The notes under the pieces are model-generated. The model saw only the letters and a list, made by a program, of their open reading frames with translations. It searched no databases and was not told where the DNA came from. Of a DNA stretch of 29,404 nt, positions 17,254 through 25,714 are shown piece by piece. How positions within the stretch are numbered: the first letter of the stretch is position 1; the number at the start of each line of letters is the position of its first letter. This DNA comes from a virus. Lineage: Duplodnaviria; Caudoviricetes. A program made the position numbers and the translations under genes. The DNA is taken from IMG/VR virus record IMGVR_UViG_3300012948_000015, positions 1 to 29,404 of that record; one strand, given 5' to 3'.

Positions 17254-19227
17254 TTATTGCTGAACATAGGTGATGATGTAGTCGATCTGAAGACCGCCCG
17301 TGTTGACTTTGAGACACGTCGCGGCATTGGTCAGCGGTCCGACTTCCATCACAGGGTGGATAAAGCCACCACCAGCCGATGAGACTAACCAGCCATTAGC
17401 GTCCGTGGTAGATCCCCAAACGGCCGACGGTGCAACCGTGCACGTGCCGCCACCGGTCGTGGATTCGACGATGGATACTTTTTCATTCGCAGCCGCATCG
17501 CCGTTGTTGATAGCGATGGAGCAGTAGTAACGGCGGATACCTGCGCCTGCGGTCGTGATCAGCTGGGTATCGGCAGTGACCGAACCGACAATCAGGGTTG
17601 TGAGCGAACCACTGCAAGGGTTGGCGGTGGCGAGAATCGCCGCGTTGTTGGAATCGCGGATGGAGACGTTAAGGACGCCCGCCGCGGACGTGGTGATGGG
17701 GTTTCCGCCGACCTGGGTGATGTTCATCGGAACGGCGGTGTTGGAGACGGTGACGTTCAAGGGAGTCGTGAGGTTCGGCTGGGAAGTCGCCAGGACCACC
17801 CGTTGCGTGCCGGCGGTCGCGTTGCCCGAGTTGGTGTCGATTGTCGTTCCGTTCAATTGTTGAACGTTGGTCAGAATCGCCGTCGTGTTGACAACATTCG
17901 CGTTGACGACCGGCGGTGGATTTCCGGCAGCGGCCGATGCGGTGCCGACAACATTGATGGTACCGACGACGTAAGTTGTGATGGCGGCGCGAAGCTGTTT
18001 TTCACCGTGGAGTTGAACGGTGATACCCGTCGGTACGGTGGTCGATATACTGAACGTGTTCGAGATCGTGTTGGATCCGTCGAGCGTTCCATAGATCGGA
18101 ACGAAGTTCGTGCCGTCGTTCTGTGCAGTGAGCGTAATGGCGGCAGGAGTGGTACAGGGTGTCGTACAGATCGCGGTGAGATGGGCGACGGAGTATCCGT
18201 CGACGTTGAGCACGGTACCGTTTCCGGTAGCCGTCGCACCAGACTGCATGTTGGTGGTGAGCGATGGTGCCGGTTGTTGAACGACGTTGAAGTTACCGGT
18301 CCCGGCATTGGCGGTGACGGTGCCGGACACGGGTTGGATCGTTGTACCGATCGGATCAATGCGGACCGGCGCGGTCGCCGTTCCAAATTCCACCGAACCG
18401 CCCGCACCGGAAAGGCGTAGGTTAACCCCTTGGATGTACTGAAGTCCTGCACCGGTGTCGAGGTCGAACACCCGAGCCGCTTGCATGTTGGTGCCGTCCG
18501 TGAAACCGATCGCGGTACCTGCGGTCGGAAACGCGGATGTGAAGTTGGAGGAAGTCCCTCCTCCACCACCAGCAATACCGGAAACTCGAAGACCACCACC
18601 AGTGTCGAGTGAACAAGGAGCTGTTTGTCCAGTGGTGTATACTGGTGCTGCGGTGGTAACCGCGCATTGAGCCAGGCCCCCAACCTGTCCTGTGGTGGTA
18701 CTACCCTGTGAGTAGAACTTTGAGTTGATAGATGCAAGGGTGCTCTCAGATGCACGGGTTGCAAGGGTTGTTTCGGTCGCAGCACCGGTAGGTAGTACGG
18801 ACGAGATAACGGAAACGTTACCTCCACCACCTCCACCGCCGGAAGTCGGAAGTGAACCGTCGTATCGGACCGCGACGGTCCCTGCACCCGCGATCGGGGT
18901 GCCTGGTGCGTTGCAGGAGACGCGGACGAAGTTCACCACCATAGTGGCGACCGCCGGACCACCGGAACTAGTAACGGTCTGCGGTGCGATTAGCTGTTGA
19001 GGTGAGGTAAAAGCAGCGGTATCGGCGTATTCTAATCTACAAGCCCCTGCAGTGACGGTAGGATTGGTATTCCAGGTCATCGTGTGCTGGGTAACACCTG
19101 TACCTCGGAGGTCTACGGAAGAGGACACCTGTTTGGTCGCGCTGAGGGTATCGCGAATGACCGCCTGCGCGAGGGTGGTGATCGGAAACAACAAGGTGAG
19201 CCAGAGGATAAAAAACACTCTACGCAT
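17254..19227 (-). CDS. Signal-peptide-bearing fibre/adhesin-like protein, 657 aa
   Basis: MRRVFFILWLTLLFPITTLAQA Sec signal. T/G/A-rich, poly-Gly linkers, fibre-like LPTGAATETTLA and NxxQxxG motifs, ten Cys in local pairs. Confidence 0.8.
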   Translation of the reverse strand: MRRVFFILWLTLLFPITTLAQAVIRDTLSATKQVSSSVDLRGTGVTQHTMTWNTNPTVTAGACRLEYADTAAFTSPQQLIAPQTVTSSGGPAVATMVVNFVRVSCNAPGTPIAGAGTVAVRYDGSLPTSGGGGGGGNVSVISSVLPTGAATETTLATRASESTLASINSKFYSQGSTTTGQVGGLAQCAVTTAAPVYTTGQTAPCSLDTGGGLRVSGIAGGGGGTSSNFTSAFPTAGTAIGFTDGTNMQAARVFDLDTGAGLQYIQGVNLRLSGAGGSVEFGTATAPVRIDPIGTTIQPVSGTVTANAGTGNFNVVQQPAPSLTTNMQSGATATGNGTVLNVDGYSVAHLTAICTTPCTTPAAITLTAQNDGTNFVPIYGTLDGSNTISNTFSISTTVPTGITVQLHGEKQLRAAITTYVVGTINVVGTASAAAGNPPPVVNANVVNTTAILTNVQQLNGTTIDTNSGNATAGTQRVVLATSQPNLTTPLNVTVSNTAVPMNITQVGGNPITTSAAGVLNVSIRDSNNAAILATANPCSGSLTTLIVGSVTADTQLITTAGAGIRRYYCSIAINNGDAAANEKVSIVESTTGGGTCTVAPSAVWGSTTDANGWLVSSAGGGFIHPVMEVGPLTNAATCLKVNTGGLQIDYIITYVQQ

Positions 19228-19519
19228 AGTAGACTAACACCTTTCCCGATTGCATGTTAGCGTTACCATCGCTATCGGTCTGCGGGACTTTGAGTCCACG
19301 AACTAGTCCAATCGCTTTGGGAGTGGAGATAACCTCCAGGGTGGGCATACCCTGCAAAACCGCAATGATGTGACCGTATTTGTCTTGGACTTCTACTCGG
19401 TGGGAGGACGCGGCATAGCCTACGTATTCCATCCACTGGACTTTGATATCCCGCTGGAAAAGAATCGCAGCGGAGGTAGTGTCGATACGGAATGGCGAAA
19501 CCACGAATTGATTGGGCAT
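19220..19519 (-). CDS. Small beta-rich virion protein, paralogue 2
   Basis: Start at ATG 19519 (alternative GTG 19525). Aligns end to end with 19528-19800. Confidence 0.7.
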   Translation of the reverse strand: MPNQFVVSPFRIDTTSAAILFQRDIKVQWMEYVGYAASSHRVEVQDKYGHIIAVLQGMPTLEVISTPKAIGLVRGLKVPQTDSDGNANMQSGKVLVYYA

Positions 19520-19527
19520 GAGCACCC

Positions 19528-19800
19528 CTATCGAATGTAGATGTACAATTTGCCCGAACTAAGGGTGGGCACTTTGAGCCCTTTAATCCACCCCACTTTG
19601 TAGGATAGCACGGGATCTAGGTCTGTACGGCCGTCCGCCTGCCAAACAGGTCGTGAGTTGATGTCTTGTACTACACAGGTATCGGTTCCCGCCGCATAGC
19701 CAGAGAACTCGAAGTGGCGGACGAATATCTTGCCGGTGAAGAGGACGGTTGCGCCGGGGGTGTCGACCACCCACGGAAGCGAAGCAAGTTGGTTGGCCAT
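19528..19800 (-). CDS. Small beta-rich virion protein, paralogue 1
   Basis: AAAGGAG RBS lies 8 nt before the ATG at 19800. Shares NQ..P..DT..A.LF, E..GYAA, VQD, GLKVP and SGK motifs with its neighbour. Confidence 0.75.
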   Translation of the reverse strand: MANQLASLPWVVDTPGATVLFTGKIFVRHFEFSGYAAGTDTCVVQDINSRPVWQADGRTDLDPVLSYKVGWIKGLKVPTLSSGKLYIYIR

Positions 19801-19818
19801 GTTGTCCACTCCTTTCTA

Positions 19819-19916
19819 TCGCAGGGGATGTGGTATAACCCCATACCACATCCGTCCTACGACGACACCCGCGCTGATCGGAGGCTCCCGGCGGCATCGC
19901 ACCGCACACGGGTGTC
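19819..19916 (-). promoter_or_regulatory. Structured intergenic RNA element (branched stem plus an 18-bp bulged hairpin)
   Basis: Perfect 11-bp stem 19826-19836/19843-19853, extended by 19819-19825/19856-19862. Second stem 19864-19873/19907-19916. The mismatches resolve as G-U pairs on the minus strand. Confidence 0.6.
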
Positions 19917-19923
19917 AAAGGGA

Positions 19924-20841
19924 CTAAATCAAAGTACCTGCGGTTCCTACCGCCGCAGCGTAGTAATTACCGCCAGCCCAAGAGATCCCCGCTCCGGTAA
20001 TCGGTGCCGTACCGGACAGGATTTGCATACGACAATTGGAGATGAATCCGGTCGTACCCGCCAGTAGGGAGATCGCTTTCGTACTACCTGCGGTCCGGTT
20101 GTCGATCCTACAGTTGTCGATTTTGACGTTAGTGGTCGCGACAGTAATGTTTTCGATTGCGCCCACCGCACCACTGTATGCGCCGTAGAACGAGGAATCC
20201 GCTATGTCGACGTCGTCTGCTGCGCCTACCAACCGCACTGCGGAGGTATTCCCTGCGTTAACCGTACCGAAAAAGCGACACCGGAGAATCCGGAGCCTGT
20301 TGCATAAAGCAGTGGTAAGGACTCCAAGCACCGCCTGGTTAGTCGCGTTCGCGAGTTCGATATCGCAATCCTGCATGGAGAAGTCAGCTGCGTTAGGAGT
20401 GATCGGGTTCGCGATCGCTGCGAAGTCTATCGCGGAGATGTAGAGGTTGGAAAGACGAACTCGATTCGCGGTGATGGAGATCGTCGCGGTGTTGGCGGTC
20501 TGGAGTTTAAGCTGTGGACGATCGCGTCCAATCCCCGTACCTAGAATCCAGATACCCGCCTTGTTGATGACAAACGATGTACCGGAGGTGATAAGCTCCA
20601 CGTGTCCGGGCATTGCGATGATGTTGTCACCTTTGTTGTTTCGGCATTTGGAAATCGCATAGGAAATGGACTTGAACGGGTAAGTAGGGTCCATTCCCTG
20701 TTTACCTCCTGCCGCGTCCTTACCTAGTAAGGACGACACAAACCAAACATTGCCACCGGGAGCCATGAGGTAAGGAGAACCACCCCCCAGCACGGGTATT
20801 CCGTACGACGCTACACCTTGTGGGTAGTTAGTGATAGGCAT
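19924..20841 (-). CDS. Beta-helix (pectin-lyase-like) virion protein, probable head fibre/spike, 305 aa
   Basis: NVWFVSS...PFKSISYAISKC...GDNIIAMPG cap and repeated I-x-N/D-C turns. Immediately follows the major capsid gene; no signal peptide. Confidence 0.7.
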   Translation of the reverse strand: MPITNYPQGVASYGIPVLGGGSPYLMAPGGNVWFVSSLLGKDAAGGKQGMDPTYPFKSISYAISKCRNNKGDNIIAMPGHVELITSGTSFVINKAGIWILGTGIGRDRPQLKLQTANTATISITANRVRLSNLYISAIDFAAIANPITPNAADFSMQDCDIELANATNQAVLGVLTTALCNRLRILRCRFFGTVNAGNTSAVRLVGAADDVDIADSSFYGAYSGAVGAIENITVATTNVKIDNCRIDNRTAGSTKAISLLAGTTGFISNCRMQILSGTAPITGAGISWAGGNYYAAAVGTAGTLI

Positions 20842-20842
20842 A

Positions 20843-21736
20843 TCACGCTCCTTGTGATCCCCAGGTGGCTTTCCAGTCAGTCACACCTGCGGAGAATCGG
20901 AAGAACGTGGAAAACGCGGACCCCTTGGTGTCGAAGTCGTCTTTGGAGTCGAACTCGGGCTGTGTGCGCCAATAACCTTTCAGGGAATGGTCCGTTTTGT
21001 CTCCGAAGACAAACCAGGCGGACGCGGAGGAGAAGTACCGGTTAATACGGGGCTCGAGTCGTCCTTGTACGGTATTAACGGTGTTGTTGCCTGTGTAGGG
21101 GTCGTATGCGGAGTGCAGGATCTCCGAAGCTACGAACTGGTTGTCGGGGTGAATCCAAAGGGTACGAGGCTCGACCATAACGAGTTGGGACCGCTCATTC
21201 ACCATTTTGTCGAAAGAAAGAAGCCCCTCTTGAATACCTGTAACGCTAAGCGCGATGTCGGTCGCGGACCTATTGGAGTAGTTACCTCCGCCCAACAACG
21301 GGTGTGCGGTGTTGAAAAGGGACACCCCGTCTGCGGTAATGACGGTCGTAAAGCCGTTGTTGATGACGTTGGCGTAACGGCCTTCGAGCGTCGCGCGGAT
21401 ACCCCGTCCGAAGTCTTGGGAAACCCGCTTCATGATTCCGTACTGGTCGTCGTCCCACATCTCCTTGGTGACCTGGAAGCCGAGCGCGAAGGAATCGTGT
21501 TGGTAACGGACTGACGCGCCCTGAATCGGTTGGTCAAATGCGATGGGTTCGCCCTCCAACTTAAGCGGGACGTTCCCAAGACCGGCGATTATTTGGTCTT
21601 CCTCATACGCTCGGGTGGAAGGAAGTACGGTGAAAATTTGGGGATAAACCTCAACATGTTGTTGGAGGTCGTCGTAGAGCACTGCGTATACCGCAGGTGC
21701 AAGTAGTTGTGAAAATTGTCCTCTGGTAGCTCCCAT
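20843..21736 (-). CDS. Major capsid protein (HK97 fold, Mu gpT-like family), 297 aa
   Basis: AGGAGG RBS. STRAYEED...EGEPIAFD...FALGFQVTKEMWDDDQY...DGVSLFNTAHP...AWF...RFSAG matches this capsid family; synteny agrees. Confidence 0.9.
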   Translation of the reverse strand: MGATRGQFSQLLAPAVYAVLYDDLQQHVEVYPQIFTVLPSTRAYEEDQIIAGLGNVPLKLEGEPIAFDQPIQGASVRYQHDSFALGFQVTKEMWDDDQYGIMKRVSQDFGRGIRATLEGRYANVINNGFTTVITADGVSLFNTAHPLLGGGNYSNRSATDIALSVTGIQEGLLSFDKMVNERSQLVMVEPRTLWIHPDNQFVASEILHSAYDPYTGNNTVNTVQGRLEPRINRYFSSASAWFVFGDKTDHSLKGYWRTQPEFDSKDDFDTKGSAFSTFFRFSAGVTDWKATWGSQGA

Positions 21737-21745
21737 GTGATCCTC

Positions 21746-22351
21746 CTACACGCCGAACTGCTGACCGGCAGAGGTGACACGAAACACCATAAGCCCGCCA
21801 GGGATAGGGGTTGGTGGGGCCAGAGGGTCCCCTGTAATAGCGGGAATCTCGGTGATCTCCACAATTGCGCCAGAGCCTGCCGCGGTGATACTGGAATCGA
21901 TATACCATTGTCCGGTGGTCCCGTCCTTAGTGAGGCCGTAGATAAGACCTACATCGGTAACTGCAGGGGTATGGGCAAGGTCACACGGAAGGATAAACTG
22001 TGAGTTTTCGTCCGCGATGTTGACTCCGCACCGTCCGTCGTTGGGCGGAGCTCCTCCCGGAATGATCAGCGCATTGGGTTGGTTTTGAGGTTTTTGGACG
22101 AGTGAAAGTACTTTAGGGACTCCACTGGTGGTGAGGTTCGAAGCGCTCTCCTGGGAAAACCCTGCGATTTTAAGCGCAGAGGCGATGGTCGGGGACTCGA
22201 TTAGGTATCCGGTGCTATCCACTACAACCGGAACGCCTTGTTTGAACGTCTGCGTTGCTTTTTCAAGTAATCTCCGTGCCTGTGGTGTGCCGGTTGTGGA
22301 AAGTACCGTCTTGTACACCCGGGCCGGAAGATTGACAGTCGGTGCTGCCAT
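21746..22351 (-). CDS. Putative capsid decoration/cement protein, 201 aa
   Basis: Start revised to the ATG at 22351 (AAGGAG RBS). Beta-rich FKQGVPVVVDSTGYL...IAGFSQE pattern; directly upstream of the major capsid gene. Confidence 0.6.
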   Translation of the reverse strand: MAAPTVNLPARVYKTVLSTTGTPQARRLLEKATQTFKQGVPVVVDSTGYLIESPTIASALKIAGFSQESASNLTTSGVPKVLSLVQKPQNQPNALIIPGGAPPNDGRCGVNIADENSQFILPCDLAHTPAVTDVGLIYGLTKDGTTGQWYIDSSITAAGSGAIVEITEIPAITGDPLAPPTPIPGGLMVFRVTSAGQQFGV

Positions 22352-22364
22352 AAAGGGTAACTCC

Positions 22365-22880
22365 TTAGGTCTTACGTTGTACAACAAAGGTCGGTGCGCC
22401 AGCCTTCGCAGCGTCTTCAAGGAATTTGTCTTTCGCTGCTTGGGACATGCGGTTCGCCCTTTCGCTGTTTTCTTGGAGGTAGAAAAGGTAGTCCTCTTCC
22501 GGGATCTCCATGAGGATAACGTCTCCCATAACGTAGGTGCCGTCTTCTCGATGTCCTTGTGCGGAGTATCGTTTCGGAACTCCTGGGACTTCTTTCACCA
22601 CTCGAAAGCCCAGAAAGTCCAAGCGCGCTAGTTCGGAGGTGTCATCCTTTCTTGCCCAGTAAGGCGTGAACCCTTCTGGAGCGACGACTTTCAGCTTGGA
22701 AATGCCAAGGCGTGCACGGAGCTCGGCTTGCCGTGTACGGAGTTTCTCGGATTTGTCGACTGTACTGGTCTCCGGAGGTGTAGGAGTCGCAGGAGTCGGT
22801 TGTCCGGTAGTAGCGGTAGTAAGTTTATTGTTGATGTTACCTGGTTGTGAACTAGGATTGGTGTTGACAGTGACTGCCAC
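22365..22880 (-). CDS. Head-module hypothetical protein, 171 aa
   Basis: GGAGG RBS with GTG start. PEGFTPYWAR...LGFRVV...GDVILMEIPEE core; lies between the scaffold and decoration genes. Confidence 0.7.
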   Translation of the reverse strand: MAVTVNTNPSSQPGNINNKLTTATTGQPTPATPTPPETSTVDKSEKLRTRQAELRARLGISKLKVVAPEGFTPYWARKDDTSELARLDFLGFRVVKEVPGVPKRYSAQGHREDGTYVMGDVILMEIPEEDYLFYLQENSERANRMSQAAKDKFLEDAAKAGAPTFVVQRKT

Positions 22881-22889
22881 GCGGTCCTC

Positions 22890-23603
22890 CTACCTTTTAT
22901 TCCTGTTGTCGAAAGTGAACGGGAAGGGTTTGGTCTTCCAGTCCTTACCTTTGTTGTAGGTGTCCTCAGTTAAACCCATACCGTTAGCAACGACTTTCTC
23001 CTCGTGCAAGAGTGGTTTCGGACGCGGGGGTTCGTTACCGCCGGGTTGAGTGGACTCCATAGGGAGTGTCGCCCGGTCTACCGCCTCACGCGTAAGGGTG
23101 GTCTGGTTGGACCCGACGACAAAATAGTACGCTGCTTCGTAAGTGGCGACCTGGGTTTGGGAATAGGGATCGCATTTCTTAATGACCGCATCGATCTGCG
23201 GTCCAAAGCGGTCCCATAGAAAGGAGCCACCCGCACGCTCTACATCGGACTGGATTTTTCGCCGCGACCGCTCTTGCGCGACGTAAATCATGGTGTCCTG
23301 CACACCACGGGCAGCGGCCAGAAACTCTTCTCGTGAGACGGAAGTCTTGTTGATGAGTTCCCGGGTGTGTTTTTCGGGATCGGTAAGGAAATCCCCAACC
23401 TTGATGGGTTTGTCCGGTGGAGTTCCGCCATTCCCGGGAGGTGTCCGCGCTTCCGTACGACCGACGTCATCGAACGCCGCCAGCGCTGCGTCGTAGGTGT
23501 CTTTTTGGACTCGCAGTGCGTTGGTGTAAAATTGTCCGATTTCCTCAGGGGTTTTACCTTTCAGCTCTTCGGGTAAGGCGAAGGTCGGGTTATCGTCTGG
23601 CAT
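22890..23603 (-). CDS. Putative capsid scaffolding protein, 237 aa
   Basis: GGAG RBS. LPEELKGKTPEEI N-terminus; helical body; C-terminal EEKVVANGMGLTEDTY helix-turn-helix typical of podovirus scaffolds; position between portal and capsid. Confidence 0.7.
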   Translation of the reverse strand: MPDDNPTFALPEELKGKTPEEIGQFYTNALRVQKDTYDAALAAFDDVGRTEARTPPGNGGTPPDKPIKVGDFLTDPEKHTRELINKTSVSREEFLAAARGVQDTMIYVAQERSRRKIQSDVERAGGSFLWDRFGPQIDAVIKKCDPYSQTQVATYEAAYYFVVGSNQTTLTREAVDRATLPMESTQPGGNEPPRPKPLLHEEKVVANGMGLTEDTYNKGKDWKTKPFPFTFDNRNKR

Positions 23604-23901
23604 AACGCAGGTTCTCCTGTTCTTGTTTTAATCTCGCGAGCTGTTCTTGTTGGAGAAGCTCCTCTAGTCCTATTTCTATCTGGTTAGGGATGAGGTCTAA
23701 AAAGCGAAGCATAGCTGCACGGCCGTGAAGTTCTTTTACCTCACTCCAATCCTTTACTCCCTCAAGCCGCACCAGCACCTCCACCCGACAGTTGAGCAAT
23801 ACTTGAACTAAGAGCCTGTAACCCGGTGACCGGAAGAGCTCCTTCAGGAGAAGGCATTCCTGTTTGTTGGGTTTCCATGGGCCCTGGGACCGCCTGCCCA
23901 C
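23590..23901 (-). CDS. Small portal-adjacent helical protein, 103 aa, overlapping the portal 3' end
   Basis: The GTG at 23901 has GGAGG 5 nt upstream. LKELFRSPGYRLL...ELHGRAAMLRFL...IP resembles the small proteins that follow podovirus portals. Confidence 0.6.
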   Translation of the reverse strand: MGRRSQGPWKPNKQECLLLKELFRSPGYRLLVQVLLNCRVEVLVRLEGVKDWSEVKELHGRAAMLRFLDLIPNQIEIGLEELLQQEQLARLKQEQENLRYARR

Positions 23902-25711
23902 CGCCGCCTCCCAGAACTGATTGGATATCAGGGATAAGTTTTTTACGGTCTCCGATGTCGAACGCAAAGAGGACTCTGTCGATGAGATCTTTACCGCTGT
24001 TAAGTACCATGAGTAGGGTTTGGTAAAGAGGAGAGTTCGGAGGAATTTGCTGAAGCGACGCAACCCCCTGCCAGAGCTGGTTGTAATAACCTGCAAGAGT
24101 GTTAGACATGAGGAGTAGGTTTGTGCGGTCCACTTCGCGATTGGCACTGCCATCGGATGCTCCTATGCTGAAGTACACGGGGTCGTAGTCGTCCGGCTCC
24201 GGGTAACTCATGATAATTTGGAGGATTTGACCGTATTGTCCCCATAGCTGGTAAGGAAGTGGGGAAGTGCGGAGGTCGCGGTTGTAGCGGTAGACGTGGC
24301 GTGCAATGCGGTGGTAGGTCTCGCGGTACTCTTTAAGGAAGAGGTCTGGACGATCACTCCCTGCCTGCAGCATCGCCATGGTGCCCTGTGCGGAATACAC
24401 CCCTCGTTTCCCCTCCAGTATTCCACTTCCCATTGCTTGCATAGGCGCACCCATGCCGGTCGTACGGTCTGCGAGCTGTAAAAGGAACTGCTCTTCGTCA
24501 ATCATGGCGTTATAGCCACCTTGGAACTGGAGGGGTGCCACATCGTCCATGTTTTCAACTGGAAAGACGCGTCCAGGATACCATTCGGATGCGGGGTTGG
24601 GGACACTCGCACCTCTCTTCATGATCCAGCCAGGGTTATTCGCGATGGTGTTGGCGTCCCGCCGGTGGTTGTGGATCTGCGCTTGTTCTTCTTGAAATTG
24701 TTCGAGGATTTGGGGTACGGAGTATCCGTAGAAGAAGTCCTCGCGAGGCATGGGGCGTTGTACGACAAATGGTTCTTCACCGCGGCGGTCAAAGTTGAAG
24801 TAGAAACGCAAGAGGCCCTCCGCCGGGTTGTCGATTTGGGGGTTGTGGACCGCAACGAGTTTATACCTCTTCCCGTCGGGCATGATGTAGGAAAACCAGG
24901 CCTCAAGCACGGAAAAGGGCATGACTACGTCTTTGGTGAGCTCAATTCCTGCTTCTTGTGCCTGGGCTTCGCGGGCGGGTTGTGCGATGTAGTCACCTTC
25001 GGTTTGCAGGAGTCGTGCGGTGTTGGTAGGATCCCACAAACCTTGTGCGCTTCGCCACTCCAGATCCTGTTTGGTGAATCTCAGGCGCTGAAACTTGATT
25101 TGGACGTCGTCGATGTCCTCCACGGTGATAGGGTATGGGTAGAAGTCCTCGAAAGGAACGCATTGGAGTTTAACCCCCTCACGGGAGATGAAGCGAGGAG
25201 AGTAACCCGAAACCCCTACGGGTTCGGCCACCGCATAGCCGTGCGTGGCTGCGTCGCACCATACAGTCTTGAAGATGTTCGTGCCGGTTTTGAACCCGCG
25301 GTAGATTCCGGAGCGGATTGGAGGATAAAAGTTCATGCGCTGTCCGGACGTCTCGAACTCTAACCAGCTCTGCAAGACCTGGATGACCGATTCCGGTACC
25401 GCGTCTAACACTGACGACGGCTTCCAAAACGGTTTGGTGCCGAAGATGATACCCACCATCCGCGCGGTGAGAATATCCACGTGCATTCGTATAAGCTGGG
25501 GAATGAAATTGCTAGCGCGATACCACGGCGTAGTACGTACCTGCTCCGCGGGCTTAGCGGAGTAGTTGTCCATCCAGCGCTTGTAGTCCCCTTCGACTTG
25601 GGACAACCGGGCCTGGTGGGCAAAACGAAATTTGTCCAGAAGGAATCCGCTAATCTCTTTGAGTTTGTCAGGGGGCACCACCCTTGTCGCGTCGATTAGT
25701 TGTAAAGGCAT
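23762..25711 (-). CDS. Portal protein (P22/T7-like podovirus type), 649 aa
   Basis: Size and position after terL. GTNIFKTVW, VPFEDFYPYP, FYGYSVPQILEQFQEE...HNHRRDA...NPGW and WYPGRVFPV motifs; low-complexity tail. Confidence 0.9.
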   Translation of the reverse strand: MPLQLIDATRVVPPDKLKEISGFLLDKFRFAHQARLSQVEGDYKRWMDNYSAKPAEQVRTTPWYRASNFIPQLIRMHVDILTARMVGIIFGTKPFWKPSSVLDAVPESVIQVLQSWLEFETSGQRMNFYPPIRSGIYRGFKTGTNIFKTVWCDAATHGYAVAEPVGVSGYSPRFISREGVKLQCVPFEDFYPYPITVEDIDDVQIKFQRLRFTKQDLEWRSAQGLWDPTNTARLLQTEGDYIAQPAREAQAQEAGIELTKDVVMPFSVLEAWFSYIMPDGKRYKLVAVHNPQIDNPAEGLLRFYFNFDRRGEEPFVVQRPMPREDFFYGYSVPQILEQFQEEQAQIHNHRRDANTIANNPGWIMKRGASVPNPASEWYPGRVFPVENMDDVAPLQFQGGYNAMIDEEQFLLQLADRTTGMGAPMQAMGSGILEGKRGVYSAQGTMAMLQAGSDRPDLFLKEYRETYHRIARHVYRYNRDLRTSPLPYQLWGQYGQILQIIMSYPEPDDYDPVYFSIGASDGSANREVDRTNLLLMSNTLAGYYNQLWQGVASLQQIPPNSPLYQTLLMVLNSGKDLIDRVLFAFDIGDRKKLIPDIQSVLGGGGGQAVPGPMETQQTGMPSPEGALPVTGLQALSSSIAQLSGGGAGAA

Positions 25712-25714
25712 GAG

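Noticed and set aside
16364-17630. Diversity-generating retroelement template/variable repeat
   Set aside because: The similarity is protein-level only, with no near-identical DNA repeat differing at adenines and no reverse transcriptase in the window.
17871-18887. 338-aa alternative-frame minus-strand ORF
   Set aside because: It lies wholly within the 657-aa gene and is R/P/S-rich, as expected from frame-shifted GC-rich codons.
19826-19853. Rho-independent terminator or tRNA
   Set aside because: No U-tract follows the stem on the coding strand, and there is no cloverleaf or T-loop consensus.
23902-24153. N-terminal extension of the 187-aa ORF
   Set aside because: It is buried in the conserved portal sequence; the GTG at 23901 has a much better RBS.
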